DNA of 63,919 nt, filler included, from Reclinomonas americana ATCC 50394 (taxonomy: Eukaryota), in NCBI GenBank assembly GCA_048213135.1. It is 8 parts of 7 records of this genome, joined end to end, with 100 filler letters (N's around TTAATTAATTAA, not from the genome) between each part and the next. Parts side by side here need not be neighbours in the genome. Positions count along the whole stretch, not along the records: positions 58,766 to 62,480 come from PS015776.1; positions 62,581 to 63,919 come from PS015789.1; 6 more parts are not named here. One strand, written 5' to 3'. This document shows, in pieces, positions 59,806 through 63,919 of this stretch. Made by a program: the position numbers and the translations under genes. The notes beneath the pieces are model-generated. The model saw only the letters and a program-made list of their open reading frames with translations, did no database searches and was not told where the DNA came from. How positions within the stretch are numbered: the first letter of the stretch is position 1; each line of letters starts with the position of its first letter.

Positions 59806-61881
59806 TCAAAGCTTGGCGCGCAGGCCAGCCGACTCGGACACGACGCGCATCTCGCGCAGCGCCTCGGCCAACAGCTTGGCAAAGGTGCGGCAGCCGAGCC
59901 ACTTGGAGGTGAGGTCGTACACAATGTCGTTGTTGTTCACCATGTAGCCCGAGCCCACGCATCGCTCGTACACCGGTCCTGCACGCAGAAACAAGTGAGG
60001 GTGGGGGCGCAAATAAAAGGAGAAGCTGCAGATGCGACGAACCAAAGCCGAACATCGAGAGGTTGGGGCTGCCGCAGTGGCTGGTCGACAGCAACCACGT
60101 GTTGGTCCAGCGGTAGGCCGGATCGCGGTACAATGCCGGCATCTCGCCGCCCTCCTGCTCGGCGATCTTGCGCATACCCAGCAGGTGGCGATCGACACCT
60201 TGGCCGGAAGCAGCCAGGCGCGACACCTCGCTGTGGCGCTCGCATGCCGTGCGCAGCAGCTGAGCCTTTTGCTGCACTGCCAGCGACGAGTCCTCGAACG
60301 CCTTGCAGAAGGCCACCGACTCGTTGGTCACCGAGCGGATGGTCTCCGTGCGGCCGTGCAGGTACGGACGCATGGTGCACGACTCGTAGGTGGCGGTGAA
60401 GCAGCCGAAATGCCTGTAGTAGGCCAGCTGCAGGGCCATTTGTGCAAACGCATCCGGACCCATGCCCCACTTGACGATGGAGTTCTTGCCAAAGTCCTTG
60501 AAACGCAACACCTCAATGTCCATCTACGAGGGAAGAGTGCGGTGAGCAGGCGTGCCTTGCGGGAAGAAAGAAGACAAGAGGGGGTGGGCGGACCTCGCGA
60601 TTGGCCAACTCGATCTGGCGGCTGCCGTTCTCAATGTCGGCCAGATTCTCGCGGTTCAGCTTCCACGGCAGACGCTCGACCGCGGCCGCCTTGGAGGCAG
60701 CGGCACCAGCACTGGCGATCTTCTCGCTGCGTGTCGAGGAGTGAGCGTGCACAGCGAACACAAATATAAAGACAGAGAGTGCCACCGAACCTGTCCTCGA
60801 CAATGTAGTTGGCGTAGCGGAGCAGGCTGTGTCCGTCGACGCTGGAGTGCTCCATGTTGATGCCGGCCTGACCCGAGGGGGAAACGATGATCTGGATCTT
60901 GTCGAACCATCGGTTCTGTCCGTCGCCGTGCTGCAGCGCGCGCGACCACTCGCTGTCGCCAGCCGGCTCCTCCTCCTCCAAGCACACGACCAGAATGGCA
61001 CGCTGGATGCGATCCAGGGACTGGCGGTTCTCGGGCAACAAACGCTGGTAGGCAGCAGCAAAGAAATCACGCTCCGACGCCGTCAGAGCACCAATGGCCG
61101 GACCACGCTCAGCGGGGGCCGAGGCCAACAGTGCGCGAATCGAACTGTGCGAGTTCGAGTCAGCGGGGGAAGGAAGGGAAAGGAGAGAGAGTGAACAAGT
61201 GCGCAACGCTTCAATCTCGCCAGTAGTGGCGGGGGTGCCGTCCTTGTGGATGACCTCCACAGAGTAAAAATGGTTGCGGTGGGCCACCACAATGTGGCGC
61301 GAGCCCTGGTACACCTCGATGCTGTCGCGGTTCTTGTACGGAACGCGGCACGTCGACAGAATGTACGGGAACTGCGACATGTCAATCGGCTTGTCGCGCA
61401 TCGTGTCGGGCGTCAGCGTCTCGCTGTGGAGTAACAGCGCATGAGCAAAGGAAGGGGGGAAAGGGGTAAGAGAGAGTGTGGGAGACGCAACGTGTCAAGC
61501 ATGTGCTTGAACTTGACCGTGGAGGTGACGAGGCGGGCCACGCGTTGCGCCTGCGAGGTGGATGGTGAGTGCGCAGAATGAGAGAGGGCAAGGCAGGAGA
61601 AAAGAGGGAGAAAACAGACCTGATCCTTGGCTCCTGCGTCGTTGCGGAAGCCAAAGTGGTAATTGACATTGTTGGGGTTGGCATCGCGCGTCATAAAGTA
61701 CATGTCGAACCACCAGTCCTGTCACCAGAGAGATAGTCAATCCACTGTGCGCCTGGGGAGAGTGACGATTAGTGCGTACCTCCAGCCAGCTGCCGTCGAC
61801 CTTGGTCTTGGCAAACTCGCGCAGCTTGCGGTCCAGGCGCTCTCCGTCGCCACCAGCCTTGCCGAACTCGGCCACCGCGGA
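59806..61881 (-). CDS. Carnitine O-acyltransferase (choline/carnitine family), peroxisomal (PTS1), 5' partial
   Basis: SWLEDWWFDMY, IDMSQF..I.STCRVP, NRWFDK, catalytic NMEHSSVDG, PDAFAQMALQLAYY, TYESC...HGRTETIR, GQGVDRHL, LSTS, FG/GPV. Ends RAKL*. Confidence 0.93.
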
Positions 61882-61934
61882 CTGCACGCGGGAGGGGAAG
61901 GGTGAGTGGAGGAGGTAGAGCACGAAGGATGACA

Positions 61935-62460
61935 AGACGAATGAGAAGCTGCTGACACGAGAAAGCAAAAAGCATGAAGCACGAGAAGACAAGGAAGAAG
62001 CTGCTGACGCACTCACGAGGAGGCAAGAAGCGTGAGGAGACAAGTGAGAAGCTGTCGGTGCCCTTGATCACGAGAAGGCAAGAAGCATGAGAAGATACGA
62101 AATGTTGGTCGCGAGAAGGCAAAGAGAAGCTGCTGGTGCACTTGAACTCAAGAGAGCATAAGAGCACAGAGAATGAGAAGAAGCGAAACGCCCTCGATCA
62201 TGAGACACACAAGAGGAAGCACAAGCGACAGCGAGACAGGTGAGAAGCTGCTGGCACTCTCGATCACGAGAAGGCAAGAAGCATGAGAAGACAAGCAAGA
62301 AGCTGCTGACACGCTTGACCGCAGGAGAGCATAAGAGCACGTAGACAAGCGAAACGCCCTTGATCATGAGACAGACAAGGGGAAGCACAAGCGACAGCGA
62401 GACAGGTGAGAAGCTGCTGACACTCTCGATCACGAGAGAAGGCAAGAAGAGAAGACAAGT
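61935..62460. repeat. Degenerate ~50-nt tandem repeat with a ~166-nt higher-order duplication, intronic
   Basis: Recurring GAGAAGCTGCTG(A/G)CAC...GATCACGAGAAGGCAAGAAGCATGAGAAGACAAG. The block AAGCGAAACGCCC...GACAGCGAGACAGGTGAGAAGCTGCTG occurs twice (~62181 and ~62347). Confidence 0.85.
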
Positions 62461-62580
62461 AGAATGGACAAGGAGACAAGNNNNNNNNNNNNNNNNNNNN
62501 NNNNNNNNNNNNNNNNNNNNNNNNTTAATTAATTAANNNNNNNNNNNNNNNNNNNNNNNNNNNNNNNNNNNNNNNNNNNN

Positions 62581-63859
62581 TCGGCGATGATGTCGGCGGT
62601 CATAAGAGGAAGCGACTTGCTGTGCTGCGCGGTGCCTCTCTTGTTGCGTTGTGTCTTTGTTTGTTGCGGGTGTCGACTTGTTTGTTTTCGCTGTTTCTCA
62701 CTTGTGTTCGGAAATCGTCATGAATGCCTTCCCTCCCACACACACACACTTACAGCTCATTCGGAGGCTCGACATGTGGTTGCCGCGCGTGACACTGTTC
62801 TCCACTTATGCGCTGTTTGTGTGGCAGCACGCCTTTGCTTGGTGCGCGCGTGCTCAACTATCCTTTTATGGGCAATGGGTTTGATGCTGATATATGTCTC
62901 TGCATTTTTTGGTGCTCTGTGCTTGCTCACCGCGCAGGTCTTATGTGGCCTTGACTGTGGCCCTGCACATTGTAGTGCCATTCTTCGTGACGCGTGGTAC
63001 AGGTAACGCTTGGTGTGTCCAAGAACACCCACGTTCCCGAACAAATCAGAGGTGTTTTTTTCCTTGCTTGCAGGCAGCAGCCCCTTTTCCAGTTCCATGT
63101 GGAAGAACGTGTTTGTGCAGAGCACGGTGCGCGATGTCTTCTCTTTGTTTCTCGTCTCTGCTTGCTTTACTGATTGATTGATTTCGTGTGGTATACAGCA
63201 AGCACGGATTCCGCTGCGTTGGCGGCTTGCCGCTGTGATCGCCGTTGTCGTGCAAGATGTGTTGCGCTGCTGGCTCAGCGTGCCCGCCGATCAGCAGTGG
63301 CTACTGAATATAGTAGGCATCTTGTTCATCCCACTGCTTATTCCCGACTTGCCGTGGCTGCAGCTGGCACTCATCTCTGGAGTTGCGTGTTTTGAGTCTC
63401 TTTTGGGGGGCACCTTTACCGGCGTCTTCGCTCACTCGGCACCGAATGCAGGAGGCATTTTCTCCGTTCCTGTCCCTGTTAAACGTGGAGGCCGTCCTTG
63501 CCGCCGATGTGGTGCGCTGCGCTTCCACCATGACCTTGCATGTTCGCTGTGCTCACCAAGAATGTGCAGCTCATGCTTCTGACCCTTGCGCTGGCCATGC
63601 TTGTCGCTGGTTCGTCACTGCGTTCGTGGTGCTTCCTTAACCAGGCAACTAACATTGGCTTGCTTCCCTGGCCCCGCAGGCATGCGTGACTCGTCGATTC
63701 GTTGCGTTCCTCCTGTGCTGATCCCTTGTAGTGCCCTGGTTATCTTCGCTCACTTTGTGAATGTGCATGGCACTGGCAACAGAGAGCGAGTTCAAGCAGG
63801 CGGTCACAGAAGAACGTCGTGCCAAGGACACTCTACAAAGTCGCAATCGAGAAATGGAG
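62581..63859 (+). CDS. Multi-pass membrane protein fragment followed by a coiled coil (possible sensor/receptor N-terminus)
   Basis: Several hydrophobic exons separated by GT-AG introns, then ERFKQAVTEERRAKDTLQSRNREME-like coiled coil before the window ends. The downstream domain is not visible. Confidence 0.4.
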
Positions 63860-63919
63860 GTACGTGTCTCTGCATCACTCTCTCCCCCACACACACGAGC
63901 ATGTCCTCACACCTCCCTT

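Noticed and set aside
61935..62460. CRISPR-like array
   Set aside because: The units are degenerate, the intervening sequences are themselves repeated, there are no cas genes, and the context is a eukaryotic intron.

Overview
Eukaryotic nuclear DNA from an intron-rich, GC-rich, microsatellite-rich flagellated protist; I cannot assign the taxon. The window is eight separate scaffold pieces joined by artificial N-TTAATTAATTAA-N linkers, so gene order across linkers is meaningless. About 28 densely packed, spliced protein-coding genes or fragments can be traced by hand. Recognisable ones are D-cysteine desulfhydrase, a ThiF/E1-like enzyme, a lipocalin, kinesin-3, PEX19, an Ariadne RBR E3, RMND1/DUF155, Ras, UVSSA, EFHC/Rib72, a KxDL protein, SMG9, CTL/PNS1, a macrodomain protein, CCT1, a ~14-repeat Ig-like surface protein, an RNI-like LRR protein, AMSH, a bacterial-type methyltransferase, SDE2, PPP1R21 and a peroxisomal carnitine acyltransferase. 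The strongest unexplained signal is in the splice sites. At least 23 introns in 15 unrelated genes begin with GTTGCG(T), which is the organism's usual GTGCGT donor displaced by one base, and 22 of the 23 lack the exonic -1 G. This suggests routine use of a +1-shifted 5' splice-site recognition register known only as a rarity in humans. Other points of interest are a kinesin-3 ending in a CaaX box, a foreign-looking domain inserted between phase-0 introns inside one repeat of the surface protein, and two unusually long repeat-filled introns. All gene models are manual inferences without transcript data.
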